DNA from: Heptranchias perlo | Taxonomy: Eukaryota | NCBI RefSeq assembly: GCF_035084215.1 | Contig: NC_090334.1 | Coordinates: 41,354,001-41,418,000 of the forward strand | DNA length: 64,000 nucleotides | Direction: 5' to 3' | Program-made: the position numbers and the translations under genes | Notes under the pieces: generated by a model | Told to the model about the DNA's origin: nothing | Seen by the model: the letters and a program-made list of their open reading frames with translations, nothing else | Databases searched by the model: none | Shown: piece after piece, positions 1 through 11,243 of the stretch | How positions within the stretch are numbered: the first letter of the stretch is position 1 | How the letters are laid out: every line of letters begins with the position of its first letter

Positions 1-799
1 GATCAGGTAAATAATATCAATTCTCGTTTTATCATGCAGCATCAGTGTTAAGCATTACAGGGCCAGGCATAGTGCAAATTATGTACAGAGTAAAGCTCAT
101 CTGCATTGCTCAAAGAACGTGTGGTAACACTGACTTTAGAACAAAATTCTCTACTGTGTGAATTTTACTTTTCTTGCAGATTAACTAGTCATTCATCTCT
201 GTATCTAGAACCTTGATGGGTGCAAAATGCTTAATGTGTTTACAACAACGTAAATTCATATAGTGCCTTTAACGGAGTGGACGTTGTTTTGTTAACTTCC
301 GGCAGTGACTTATTGTGTAGGTAATTAATTGTGTGCAAAGTATTTTCGGACGTTTCTGAGATATGTGAACAGGCACTATGTAAATGCAAGTATTTTCAAT
401 TGGCATCAATGATCACAATCACTAGTACTTAAATTCTAGCAACAATAACCTGTCAAATAGGGATACGCTTAAATTAAAAAATACACCAGTTATTCTACAA
501 GAGCTTCCATTTTGCCTGTGGGTGGGTTGTACACACCGATTTGGCTATAATTCTGACCAGCTTCCAGTAACGTGTTATGAAAGCTGAGTGATGGGATAGA
601 TTTACTGTGCTGTCTGTGACTCCCAATGAGGTAGGAGTGGCTCGATTTCGAGATCAGCTATCAAATTACTTTAACGCTTTTCAAAAAGATCTACCTTCTT
701 CTAACTACAGGCATTTTCCCATTCAACTCCTGCAATTTAAATATCCATTTAATGGCCTTTACCATAACCCACCTTCTTGGTCAGGACAGAATCAACGAG

Positions 800-1126
800 A
801 CCAAATCACGTGACACACGGTCAGCACATTATCCACATTTGTGGGTTAACTAACGACACACGGAATAGGATAATCATGCCTGTCGTTGTCTGCTCCACGT
901 TCACCAACCCGTAAAGCATCGACACGCCGCCTTACCCATAGTGAGATCCACCGATCAACAAACACCGACCACGAACACTCAACTCCTCCACACCGGAACA
1001 CAGATGGCTTCTTTCACCACCCACTTCCGGTGTTGGCGGAGTTGACCTTTGACCGGTCAAAGCCCTCGAGCGGCGGCGGCGGCGGCGCGCGCTGAGTCCG
1101 TTAAGCCCGGGGGAGGGGGCCCGCCG
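800..1126. promoter_or_regulatory. CpG-island bidirectional promoter region between JKAMP and L3HYPDH
   Basis: CpG-rich stretch. ETS/GABP motif ACTTCCGG at 1023-1030, CCGGAA at 993-998, YY1-like AGATGGC at 1002-1008, TCACGTGAC E-box at 806-814. Divergent ATGs at 939(-) and 1127(+). Confidence 0.65.
936..939 (-). CDS. JKAMP: Probable first coding exon (ATGG) of JNK1/MAPK8-associated membrane protein
   Basis: Minus strand reads ...ctcact ATG G|gtaagg with a strong donor at 935-930. JKAMP lies head-to-head with L3HYPDH in human and its protein begins MAV. The rest of the gene is outside the window, so the call rests on synteny. Confidence 0.55.
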
Positions 1127-1607
1127 ATGGACCTGTCGCGAGCGCCGCCGAGTGACGGCCGCGTGCTGTCGGTGCTGGACATGCACACGGGCGGCGAGCC
1201 GCTGCGCATCGTCACCGGCGGCTTCCCTCACATCCCAGGGGACGACGTGCTCAGCAAACGGCGCTACGTGCGGGACAAGCTGGACGGGCTGCGGCGGCTG
1301 CTGCTGTTCGAGCCCCGCGGTCACTACGACATGTACGGGGCGCTGCTGGTGGCCTCGGAGCAGCCCGACGCGCACCTCGGCGTCCTCTTCATGCACAACC
1401 AGGGCTACAGCACCATGTGCGGGCACGCAGTCCTGGCGCTCGGCCGCTTCGCCCTGGACTACGGTCTAATCGCCGAGCCCAAGTCTCCCGAAACTCAGGT
1501 CAACATCCACTGCCCCTGCGGCCTGGTCCGGGCTTACGTGCAGTACGAGAAGGGCAAGAGCGGCCGGGTCCGCTTCCACAGCGTCCCCGCCTTCGTCTTC
1601 GCTGCAG
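1127..1607 (+). CDS. L3HYPDH: L3HYPDH orthologue (proline racemase family), coding exon 1
   Basis: MDLSRAP...DMHTGGEPLRIV...EPRGHYDMYGA...YSTMCGHA...HSVPAF. Catalytic MCGH motif (TGC at 1418-1420). Donor GCAG|gtattg at 1608, phase 1. Confidence 0.95.
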
Positions 1608-1749
1608 GTATTGGACCGTGGTGGGAGTGAGGGCTGGGGGGGGCAGCTGGCGAAGTTCACCTGGGGAGTGTGGGGCTGACCCGTGGGTAATTTTTGCATA
1701 TGTCGCAAATGTTTCTATTAGTTCTAGGGATGGCGGTGACATTTACTGT

Positions 1750-3130
1750 GCTGGTGATGGGCCTTCTCCTTGAATCACTGCAATCCTTGTGATGGTGCTC
1801 TCAGTGGTGGTGGGTTCAGATTTACAGGGTACTGACACGGCCACAGTGATGGAGGGCGATATATTTCTAGGTCAGGCTGGTGTGAGATGGAGGTCACAGG
1901 GAAAGTAGGTACTGTTGAAGTAATTAACCTTGGGGAGTTAGTACAGTACATCATGTAGATAGTACACACTGCAGCCACCGTGTGGAAGGGCTGCTGATTA
2001 CTAGATCCTGGGTGACGTTGAGCTTCCTGACTGTTGCCTCCGCTGCACCCATCAGATGAGTGGTGAATATTCCGTCACACTTCTGACTTGAGCCATGTAG
2101 ATAATGGAGAGGGTTTGAGGAGTCAGAGGGCGAGCCACTTGCCTGCAGAGTACCTGGCCTCCGCCTTGCTGTTGTAGCCACGGTGTTGATATGGTTGGTC
2201 TCGTTAAGCTTCAGATCAGTGGTGACCCTTGGATGTTGATGGTGCGACTGAGGCTTTTCCCATTGACTCCAGTTTTTCTAAGGCTCTTTGCTAGCATACT
2301 CAGTCAAAATGCTGCCTTAACTTGGGGCAGCTCTGTGACATTCAGCTGGTGTGTTCATGTCAAGGCGGTGATGAGGGCAGCAGCTAGGTGGTTCTGGTGG
2401 AACGCAAACTGACAATCAACAAGTAGGTTATTGGTGAGTAGGTGTCGCTTGGTGGCACTATTACCTCTTACTTCATGTTGCTGATGATTGGGAGGAGGCT
2501 GATAGAGCTTGGGTAGATTAGCCAGGGTAGATATGTCTTTCTTTTTATAGACAGGACGTACCTGGACAATTTTCCACAATACTGACTAAATACCAGTGTC
2601 ATGGCTGCAACTGAAATTGCCAGCTGGTTCTGATGCATAGGTGTTCAGCACTACAGCAGTGATATTATCAAAGCATAGCAAAGGCTGTGGGCCATGTCCA
2701 ATATATTCAGTTGCTGCTTAATGTCACAGAGTGAACCAAATCAGCTTGATATTCACATCTATGCTGGCAAGGACCTCAGTGGAGTCATCTACTGGGCACT
2801 TTTGGCTGAAGATACTAGCAAGCACTTTGGCCTTGTCTCTTGCACTTATGTGTTGGGCTCTGCCATGGTTGAGGATGGGATGTTCAATGAGCCTTTTTCT
2901 CCTGTTTGTCCACCACCATTCTCAACTGGACGTAGTAGGGCTACTGAGATTTGCTCTGATCTGTTCATTGTGGGACCGTTTAGCTCTTTCTATAGCCTGT
3001 TGCTTTTAGTGTGCTGTTGACTGTTGTAGCTTCACAGTGTTGGCATCTCATTCTAAGCTATACCTATTACTGCTGCCACAATGTTCTATCCTCCCCATTG
3101 TGGCTGGATTGATCTCCTGACTTGATAGAG
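1750..3130 (-). mobile_element. Old degraded non-LTR retrotransposon (same broad family as 5782-6289 and 56904-58111) in L3HYPDH intron 1
   Basis: Minus-strand ORF remnants VAAVCTIY..HQPDLEIYR and WKIVQVRPVYKKKD match the younger copies. Many stops and indels. Bounds approximate. Confidence 0.7.
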
Positions 3131-3427
3131 CTTCGGGCACACTGCACAATTTTCCAAGCCATTAATTTTAAATGGTTGAAATAGAGTGTAACCTTTGCCC
3201 AAATTTTCATATGTGCCATAGCACAAAACTCATGAAATTACCGGTTTAGTGTCTTTAACAAAGCAAAATGTCCTCAGGGGCTGGAAAGAGTCACCATTTC
3301 TCTTGGGGTTCCACCAGTCTCTCCCTGGTCATACAGCAGGAGAGTGGGAGAACCCCTGTGTAAATTCAGGGCCATTATACAGGTGTGTACATACAATGTA
3401 CAGTACTAGTTTACTGGTCTCTTTCAG

Positions 3428-3597
3428 ATGTTACAGTTGATGTACCAGGACATGGGAAGATGGTGGTGGATATTGCATATGGAGGTGCTTTTTATGCATT
3501 CGTGAGTGCAGCTTGTTTTGGTTTGGATGTTTGTTCCTCCAGGACTCGGGACCTTGTAGATGCAGCAGTAGCTGTAACTAATGCTGTGAAAACACAG
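3428..3597 (+). CDS. L3HYPDH: L3HYPDH coding exon 2
   Basis: tttcag|AT GTT ACA...: (D)VTVDVPGHGKMVVDIAYGGAFYAFV...AVKTQ|gtaggt. 170 nt, phase-compatible with exons 1 and 3. Confidence 0.95.
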
Positions 3598-4549
3598 GTA
3601 GGTAAAGAAGCCAAATACTGTTCTTATTGAGCAGTGTTCATCCAACAAGCAAGTATTTCACCTTGCCACAATTTAATCACAAATTAGTGATTGGGGAAAT
3701 TAGTTTTTTTTCCCTGAGGCTGGGAAAATGTGCAGACTTTAGCTGTGAATACCATCTAGAAGTGCAGCCAGGTTTTCCTTCTCTTTGCGAATGGATCCCT
3801 CCTTCCTCAACTAATAAACTGAGATTGGTTCTATGTAGTGAATGGAACACAATACTGTTTGTGTGCAGCCTGCAACCATTTTTACCTTGCAGACCTAACT
3901 TTCCTAGATGAAGGGCAAAATAAAATGCTTTGAAAGGAAAATAGGGGCAAAAATGCAAATACCTGACATGCTGTTCTATGTCCAGCCTATCCAGATCATA
4001 CAGCTGTGGAACCTCAAAATAAGGATCAGAGTTTTTATGCACTTTTTGCTACAGGTGGAATGCAGTAACTCAAATTGCTGCACATTGTGGCCTGGTTCAG
4101 AATTGCCATAACTTGTCAAGCAGACAAATGGACCTTGCAAGTCTGAGACATTAACCCACAATTTTGTGACTAGGAGTCACTTGGTTACTGAATTTTCAAG
4201 AGAATATTTTAAAGCATTAAAGACTGTACTTACAAATTTTGAAGTAAGTTACCACTATTTGCTTTGGAGCTGAACTTTCAGCACCTTCCAGTTTCTGAAG
4301 GAATAAAAGATTAAGTTATTAACCACATGTAAAAACAAAGTTACAGTATTAATTTTGACCACCTTCATTCAGCAATCTCCATACACTGCTAGAGTTGAGC
4401 AACACTGAATTCAACACTGTTAAAACTATATGGGGGTTGTCATTTTTGACATTGTCATCTAGCATTGGTATGTGCCAATGAACCATGTGGCACCCACGCT
4501 ATCATTCTAATGAACATTCACGATACCCTTTTCGTATAATACGTTACCC

Positions 4550-4915
4550 AAAACTGTGCACAATACTCCAAGTATGGCCCACCCAATGTCGTGCACAAAT
4601 TCAACACCACTTTCTTTTGTAACTGATTCCTATATATATATAGAACTCAGAATCCCATTTGCCTTTTCACAATCTTTTCTACTTGCATTCTCATCTTTAA
4701 AGATCTATGTATCGGCTTTCATATCTGTTCCTCCACTGTTAAAAATCTTAACAATTTAGTGTATAATTTCTTACCGTTTTTCCCAAAATATACCATCACA
4801 TTTCTCTGCGTTGAACTACATGTGTTATCTATCTGCCTACTCTGCTTGTGTTCCCTTGTATTTTCTCTTCAGTTGCCATGCCCTCCTAATTTGGTATCAT
4901 CTGCAACATCTCTGA
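4550..4915 (-). mobile_element. Highly decayed CR1 RT fragment
   Basis: Reverse complement resembles the CR1 ADDTKLG and LEYCAQF regions (ttggtatcatctgcaa; gcacaatactccaagt). Confidence 0.55.
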
Positions 4916-5781
4916 CCTACCTTTGCATCTTGCAGCAATTTTAGTTCTCCATAACACTCCTATATCAGGATAGGATACCTCTTGATGTCTCAATTTATGA
5001 AGGCCACCTGGAAGTTAAATTCTGACAGGTCACCACCCATACCAAATTGGGATCTGAGTTTGGACCTTCATAAGTTAATGAACTCTCCTTTCAAACCACA
5101 TATAATTGAAAGCGTCTGTCATTTCAGACTGTACTTTTGGTGGCTCTGGGTTCAGCTTGCTAATTAGTGAGATCTAGGCACTGGTTGCCAGTCACCCCTA
5201 TTTGTACAAGCAGTTTCAGAACACCACTGTGGTTTCTTGCTAAAAGTAGCTTCCCATTTTCATCTGTCACTTTCAATTGGATTTACAATGTCACTACCAC
5301 TGTGAATGGCCAGAGAACTCTAGCATTTTATATGAACCGTATCAAGTCGCCAGATGCAACAATTTTGTTATATGTGGTCTTGAAATCCAAGGAAGACCTT
5401 TTTCCAAACAAAGGTTTGCACATAGATGCTGGAGACCTTGCTAATATTTATTTAGTTGGAAATCCAATGGCCCAGTGAAAGATCATTCTGTTTCACACCT
5501 GCCTGAAAGATATGTCTATCAATAGCATGTGTAAAACCATCAAATGGAATAACCTCAACATGAATCAAGCATTACTGTTGACAGATAATATCTTTGGTAG
5601 ATCAGTCCTGCTGGGAAAGATCTCTCCTTCCCCTAAGAACCTTCCTCCTTAGTCTCCAGAGGTGTGTGGAGGATTTTGAATGAAGATAGCTTACCTATCT
5701 TATATAGTTTTCTTCATTCTTAAAAATCATACAGGGACATCTATACTACTTTGTTTAGTTTACTTGAGGCTACTTGCCAAA

Positions 5782-6289
5782 TTTTTTTTTTTTTTTTATT
5801 CGTTCACGGGATGTGGGCGTCGCTGGCAAGGCCGGCATTTATTGCCCATCCCTAATTGCCCTCGAAGGTGGTGGTGAGCCGCCTTCTTGAACCGCTGCAG
5901 TCCGTGTGGTGACGGTTCTCCCACAGTGCTGTTAGGAAGGGAGTTCCAGGATTTTGACCCAGCGACAATGAAGGAACGGCGATATATTTCCAAGTCGGGA
6001 TGGTGTGTGACTTGGAGGGGAACGTGCAGGTGGTGTTGTTCCCATGCGCCTGCTGCCCTTGTCCTTCTAGGTGGTAGAGGTCGCGGGTTTGGGAGGTGCT
6101 GTCGAAGAAGCCTTGGCGAGTTGCTGCAGTGCATCCTGTGGATGGTGCACACTGCAGCCACAGTGCGCCGGTGGTGAAGGGAGTGAATGTTTAGGGTGGT
6201 GGATGGGGTGCCAATCAAGCGGGCTGCTTTATCTTGGATGGTGTCGAGCTTCTTGAGTGTTGTTGGAGCTGCACTCATCCAGGCAAGTG
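5782..6289 (-). mobile_element. Young 5'-truncated LINE 3' end with poly(A) tail, in L3HYPDH intron 2
   Basis: Poly-T at 5782-5797. The ORF MSAAPTTLKKLDTIQDKAARLIG... is nearly identical to the copy at 57600-58111. Confidence 0.85.
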
Positions 6290-6696
6290 AACCAGTGTGT
6301 ACACAAGATTTTTATATAGTGGGTAACCTAGTGGATCGATGTGACCCAATGTCAGTACATACCAACGTCACTAAGAGGCATTGCCCACCTAATGGTTTTC
6401 CCAGAATACACTCTCACTCAACTCTAGCCCTGTGTGGAGGATACATCATTTTAAAGAAATCTACCCCAGCAGCTTGTTCTTTTGTTTAATGGTAATTTAT
6501 ACCAATTATATTCATGCCAAATAGTTTATGTAGTACAAGTTCTGCTAACAGTTGTTAGTTCACATTTTGAAGGACATTTAAATATGAAAATAAGTAACAA
6601 TTAAGACAGACTACTGCTGGCATGTACCAGAAGCAACTACTGGTACTGATCCAATAAATTAATATCAAACCCTGCTCAGTAATATTTTTTTAACAG

Positions 6697-6819
6697 GTTA
6701 AACTCCACCACCCTGCCAGTGAAGATCTTGCCTTCCTCTATGGCACTATATTAATTGATGGGAAAGATGCATTTTCTGAAGAACCAACAGCAAACGTCTG
6801 CGTTTTTGCAGATGCTCAG
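6697..6819 (+). CDS. L3HYPDH: L3HYPDH coding exon 3
   Basis: taacag|GTT AAA CTC...: VKLHHPASEDLAFLYGTILIDGKDAFSEEPTANVCVFADAQ|gtagga. 123 nt. Absent from the ORF track and read manually. Confidence 0.95.
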
Positions 6820-7408
6820 GTAGGAAAAAGGAACTATGACTTGTAAACTTTAAGTTACAATAAATCTAACAATATAGGCATTTGAACAGTTCTTTAAGTG
6901 TAAACATTGGATGATCTTAAGTGTACACCACATCCCTCCTGTATTGTATAATTAATGGTGAAAGGAAGTACTCCCTGTAGACTTATTAAAAGTATTCCCC
7001 TTTTAAAAGTAGAAGGAATTGATGAACTCAGTTGAAATTTCTAACAATTTTCAAAATGTCTTGACTTCCTCCTGTCAGTCAATCTTAGTTGCTGTGGGCA
7101 GCTCCAGTAAAAACAATTATAGGGAAAATTCCTGTGCCCTGGAGCAGCTCCACTGCAAACAATAAGGTCAATGATTTAAACAGGAATGATTGCCATTCGG
7201 ACTCTGGGAAATAGTTGGAACTTGCACCTTCATCTTTTGCAATGTTCTCTATCAACATTTGATACTTTTCAGATTCCCAAAGTCAAAATCTTCTCATAAG
7301 TACTACTGATTTTAAGCGGAGAGAAAATTTTGAATTTAATGACTGAATTTTTTTTTTGTAGATATTATATTTGAACTCAGACATTTTTGTTGAACTTGTC
7401 TTGAGTAG

Positions 7409-7546
7409 GTCGACAGAAGTCCCTGTGGCTCAGGTGTGACAGCTCGCATTGCACTGCAGTACCACAAAGGATTGATTCTACTGAATCAGACCAGGACATT
7501 TCAGAGTGGTCCAACAGGCTCGCTCTTCACAGGAAAAGCCGTAGAG
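7409..7546 (+). CDS. L3HYPDH: L3HYPDH coding exon 4 (second catalytic motif DRSPCGSG)
   Basis: gagtag|GTC GAC AGA AGT CCC TGT GGC TCA GGT...: VDRSPCGSGVTARIALQYHKGLILLNQTRTFQSGPTGSLFTGKAVE|gtgatt. 138 nt. Confidence 0.95.
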
Positions 7547-9766
7547 GTGATTGACAAATTATGAATATTGTTACTTTTTGAACACCTACCATTGCAAAAC
7601 ATTTGACTCAAATCATAACACTTTGAGGCATTTAGATTTCTACTAAATCTTCACTGATAGCTATTTAAATGCCAAGAGCCAGTAATCTATAATAAATATA
7701 TCTGGAAACTATAGCATCACTATGCAGTATTCACCACACATTGCCATAAATATACGCTGTTATTCTAAGATATACGTGGTACAGAAATTAACTTAAAAGT
7801 GTATTATGCTCCAGGAGCTAATTGGAAATTTTTTTTTAAAAATAGATTATGTAAGTTTTTTTCTTTCTTCCTATTAATTTAATCCTCCTAAATGTTGCAA
7901 TTCTTTTTAAACAAGACGTGACTAAGTCTATGATCCCAAATCTCGACAATAAAGGAGGTATTTTTTCTTCATTGTAAAGTTAAAGAAAAAACCTTTCACA
8001 AAATTATCTAAATTATCAAGACAGTTAATAAAATGTATGTTGCATCAGTGTGATGCTCGAGATGGTCTCATGCCATTTCAGCTGCACACTCATTGCAGTA
8101 TAATATTTTTCCACTGCATTACCTGGAAACTTTTAAAATGTTTTATTTAATGTCAGCAGAGCGCCAATTCAACAAACCGCTCAGCTTTTTACTATAATTT
8201 AAATTTAATCAACAATTAGCCATCAGTACACAGAGCTTCATTTTCCCCAAGTAGAGAATTATGTAGAGCTAGCAGTATAACATGGGTTCCACTTCACTCA
8301 AAGTAGGTACCAGTCTTAAATCAGAATCAGTAATATGGTGCCCAGAAATACATCTGGACAGAAACTACTATTCGCTTTCCTGTGCGTGGTGTGCTTCACT
8401 GCAAGTTTCTGTCTGCATGATTAGGATAAGGCAGCAAAATCATTTGTACAAAAAGTAAATTAAAAGATTAGGCAAAGTGCATGTTGAATGTTCACCAGCT
8501 AGTCCTTAAAACTGTCTCAAAACTCCTAGTAAATGGTGATCTTGACAGAATGAATAATAAAATTTTTTAAAATATATCTATATTCCCAGACCCCTGATGA
8601 GCCTGGATGTGTGTCATACTTACACTTTTTTTTGTATTTCGTTAGGATTTTTGCTGGGCTTTTTGATAGTTTTTCCACGAAGAATTTGGAAATGAATGAC
8701 ATTTAAATGGTGTATTTTAAATGAAAGTGGGTTTTCACAGGCTTAAAGTTCTCCTTGCTGCAGCCACTGAGACAATGGGTAATTTGTTACTTTGTTTCAG
8801 ACTTCCTGCAAACATCTTTACCTGTTATTGTCGGGATGACACTATTCATATGAGCCTAGCTTGGAGTGTCGACCAGTAATCTATTTGAGGGGTGGAGGGA
8901 GTCAGCTGTTTTTATTGATGGGCCCACTGAGGAACCACTGAACTGGGAGGAGGTGCATTAGGGGCAGCTGCCCCACTTTTTATGGTCCGAAGCAGCAGAA
9001 AGAAAAAGAGGAACACGTGCAGTTCAGTTTAGCGCAAGATCTTGTAATGGAGATACAGGTCGGACAGAGATCGATTAGGCCCAGGGAGATGGTATATGGC
9101 TGACCAGAAAAAGTTAAGTGAGCCTGCTAATAAGGATAGTGTGTGATATTTCATTATTTGCTGAGAGGAGTGTTACAGAACCAAATCATAGTGTGGTGAA
9201 AGCTATTACAAATGTTTGTTTGTTCACTTAATAATTGCAAAATAAATTAATTTGTGGATCTATATTCGGCTCACCTTTAAGTGTGAACTAGTCTGCCTTT
9301 TGAAAAATTGGAGAAGCACACTTGAATGCATATGCAAAAGACACAATATTCAGTTCAAGTTACAATTGTAACCTGGGTTATGATTAGATATTGAGCAGTA
9401 TGGATACACTCAACAACAACTTGCATTTATAAAGCACCTTTAATGTCTGCTTATAGGAGTGACTTGCACAGCTGAACTACAGAAAATCTAAATAATTGTA
9501 ACCAGAATATTAGGGTCAAAAACACAATAATTATTTCTAATCTAGGACTATCAGAGCTATCAAATACATTTGTTAAAGCTGGTTAAAACAACTGTGATGG
9601 TTATTAAAATTACTCAGTCTATATAATAAAAGTTTTGTGCAAAGCACATACTTCTGCAGCATTTTCCCAGTCGCATTTTAGTGATAACAGCCATATTGTT
9701 ATCCTCCAATTCGCCATGAGCAAAATAATGAGAAGTCTGCTAGTAATATATCATTTATTTTTTCAG

Positions 9767-9892
9767 GAAACAAAATGTGGTGATTTCAAAGCTGTTATAG
9801 TAGAAGTATCAGGACAAGCACATTACACAGGAACTGCAAATTTTTATGTGGAAGATGATGACAATCTGAAAGATGGGTTTCTTCTCCGATAA
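9767..9892 (+). CDS. L3HYPDH: L3HYPDH coding exon 5 (terminal)
   Basis: tttcag|ETKCGDFKAVIVEVSGQAHYTGTANFYVEDDDNLKDGFLLR*. The spliced CDS is 481+170+123+138+126=1038 nt, i.e. 345 aa. Confidence 0.95.
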   Translation, partial: ETKCGDFKAVIVEVSGQAHYTGTANFYVEDDDNLKDGFLLR

Positions 9893-10765
9893 AGCATCAA
9901 AAAATCCAATCATTTGCTCTTAAAAAATCAAACTCATATTTTAATAATGTTTAGAAAGTCCTAAATCTACTTTCTTACTAAGTGCAATTTAGCATTATAT
10001 GAATCTTAATATCTGAGGCATTTGATTATGAATTATTCTTGTATAATTGAGTTTACATCATGTATGTGCTTAGTAATCCGCTAAATCATGAATTCAAATA
10101 TTTATGATGTACAACAATGAAGTTCAAACCAAATGTTAAGTTGTTATACGATTTTAAAAATCAGTGTCTTACACCAGAAATGTTTTACAGAGTAAATCAA
10201 AACTAAGATTTCAGTCTGCACCATGTGCTTGTCCTTTAGTTATTAGTGCATTATGCAATGAAATTATCTGTACAATATTAATTGCAGGACAGTTTAAGAA
10301 GGGTGTTGGTCTGCAGCATATTTCTACTCCCATTAAATCTCAATACAACTTTTTGCTGTTATTGAAGATATTAATTTGAGCCTTAGATTATTGAAAAATT
10401 TTAGAACCTGTAAAGTTACTGTTTTCAAATATCACTAACATTTCTATACAGGCTTTCAAACTTTTTTTTTCTGCTGGTGAGTCATTACAAGAGCTACAAA
10501 TTGAAATCTGTATTAGATGCATGTAACACTACATTTTTTTGTAATTGTTAACTTAATGTTTGTAATACTAGACTTTAATTTCATATATAGTTTTATAATT
10601 TATAAATAATTACTAACTAAAGGCTTTGTTTTTTTTTATTTAACACAAGGAAGTATTAGATTATTGACTGTCATCTTAACAAATAATTGCATAATTCTAA
10701 ACCAAACTTTGGTAAATCCAGTACTGGAAAATCTGGCCATTCTAAATGACAAAATTATGTATGTT

Positions 10766-11190
10766 TCATAGAACCATAGAAAAGATACAGCACAGAAGGG
10801 GGCCATTCGGCCCATTGTGTCTGCGCCAGCTCGAAAAACAACCAGGTGCCCATTCTAATCCCACCTTCCAGCACCCAGTCTGTAGCCCTGCATCTTACAG
10901 CACTTTAGGTGCAGGTCCAGGTACTTTTTAAAAAGAGTTGAGGGTCCCTGCCTCTACCACCAATTTGGGCAGCGAATTCCATACACCCACCACTCTGGGT
11001 AAAAAAAAGCTTTTCCTCATGTCCCCTCTAATCCTTCCGCCAATCAGCTTAAATCTACGTCCTCTAGTTCTTGAAGTCTCCACTAGCGGAAACAGGTACT
11101 TCCTGTGTACTCTATCTAGGCCCCTAATAATTTTGTACACCTCAATCAAGTCACCCCTCAGCCTCCTCTGCTCCAAGGAAAACAACCCCA
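10766..11190 (-). mobile_element. CR1 LINE 3' fragment
   Basis: LFSLEQRRLRGDLIEVYKII...WNSLP C-terminus, GGCCGAATGGCC 3' stem and (TTCTATG)-type tail. Confidence 0.85.
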
Positions 11191-11243
11191 TATATCCTAC
11201 CTCTGGGATCTTGGGTCTGAAACTGCTGTATTAAACTTAAATA

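Noticed and set aside
1049-1126. N-terminal extension of L3HYPDH from TTG 1049
   Set aside because: Non-ATG start and low-complexity GC-rich 5' UTR. ATG 1127 gives a normal-length protein.
9893-10760. L3HYPDH polyadenylation site
   Set aside because: Only variant signals (e.g. ATTAAA near 10332) in AT-rich sequence, so it cannot be placed without transcript data.
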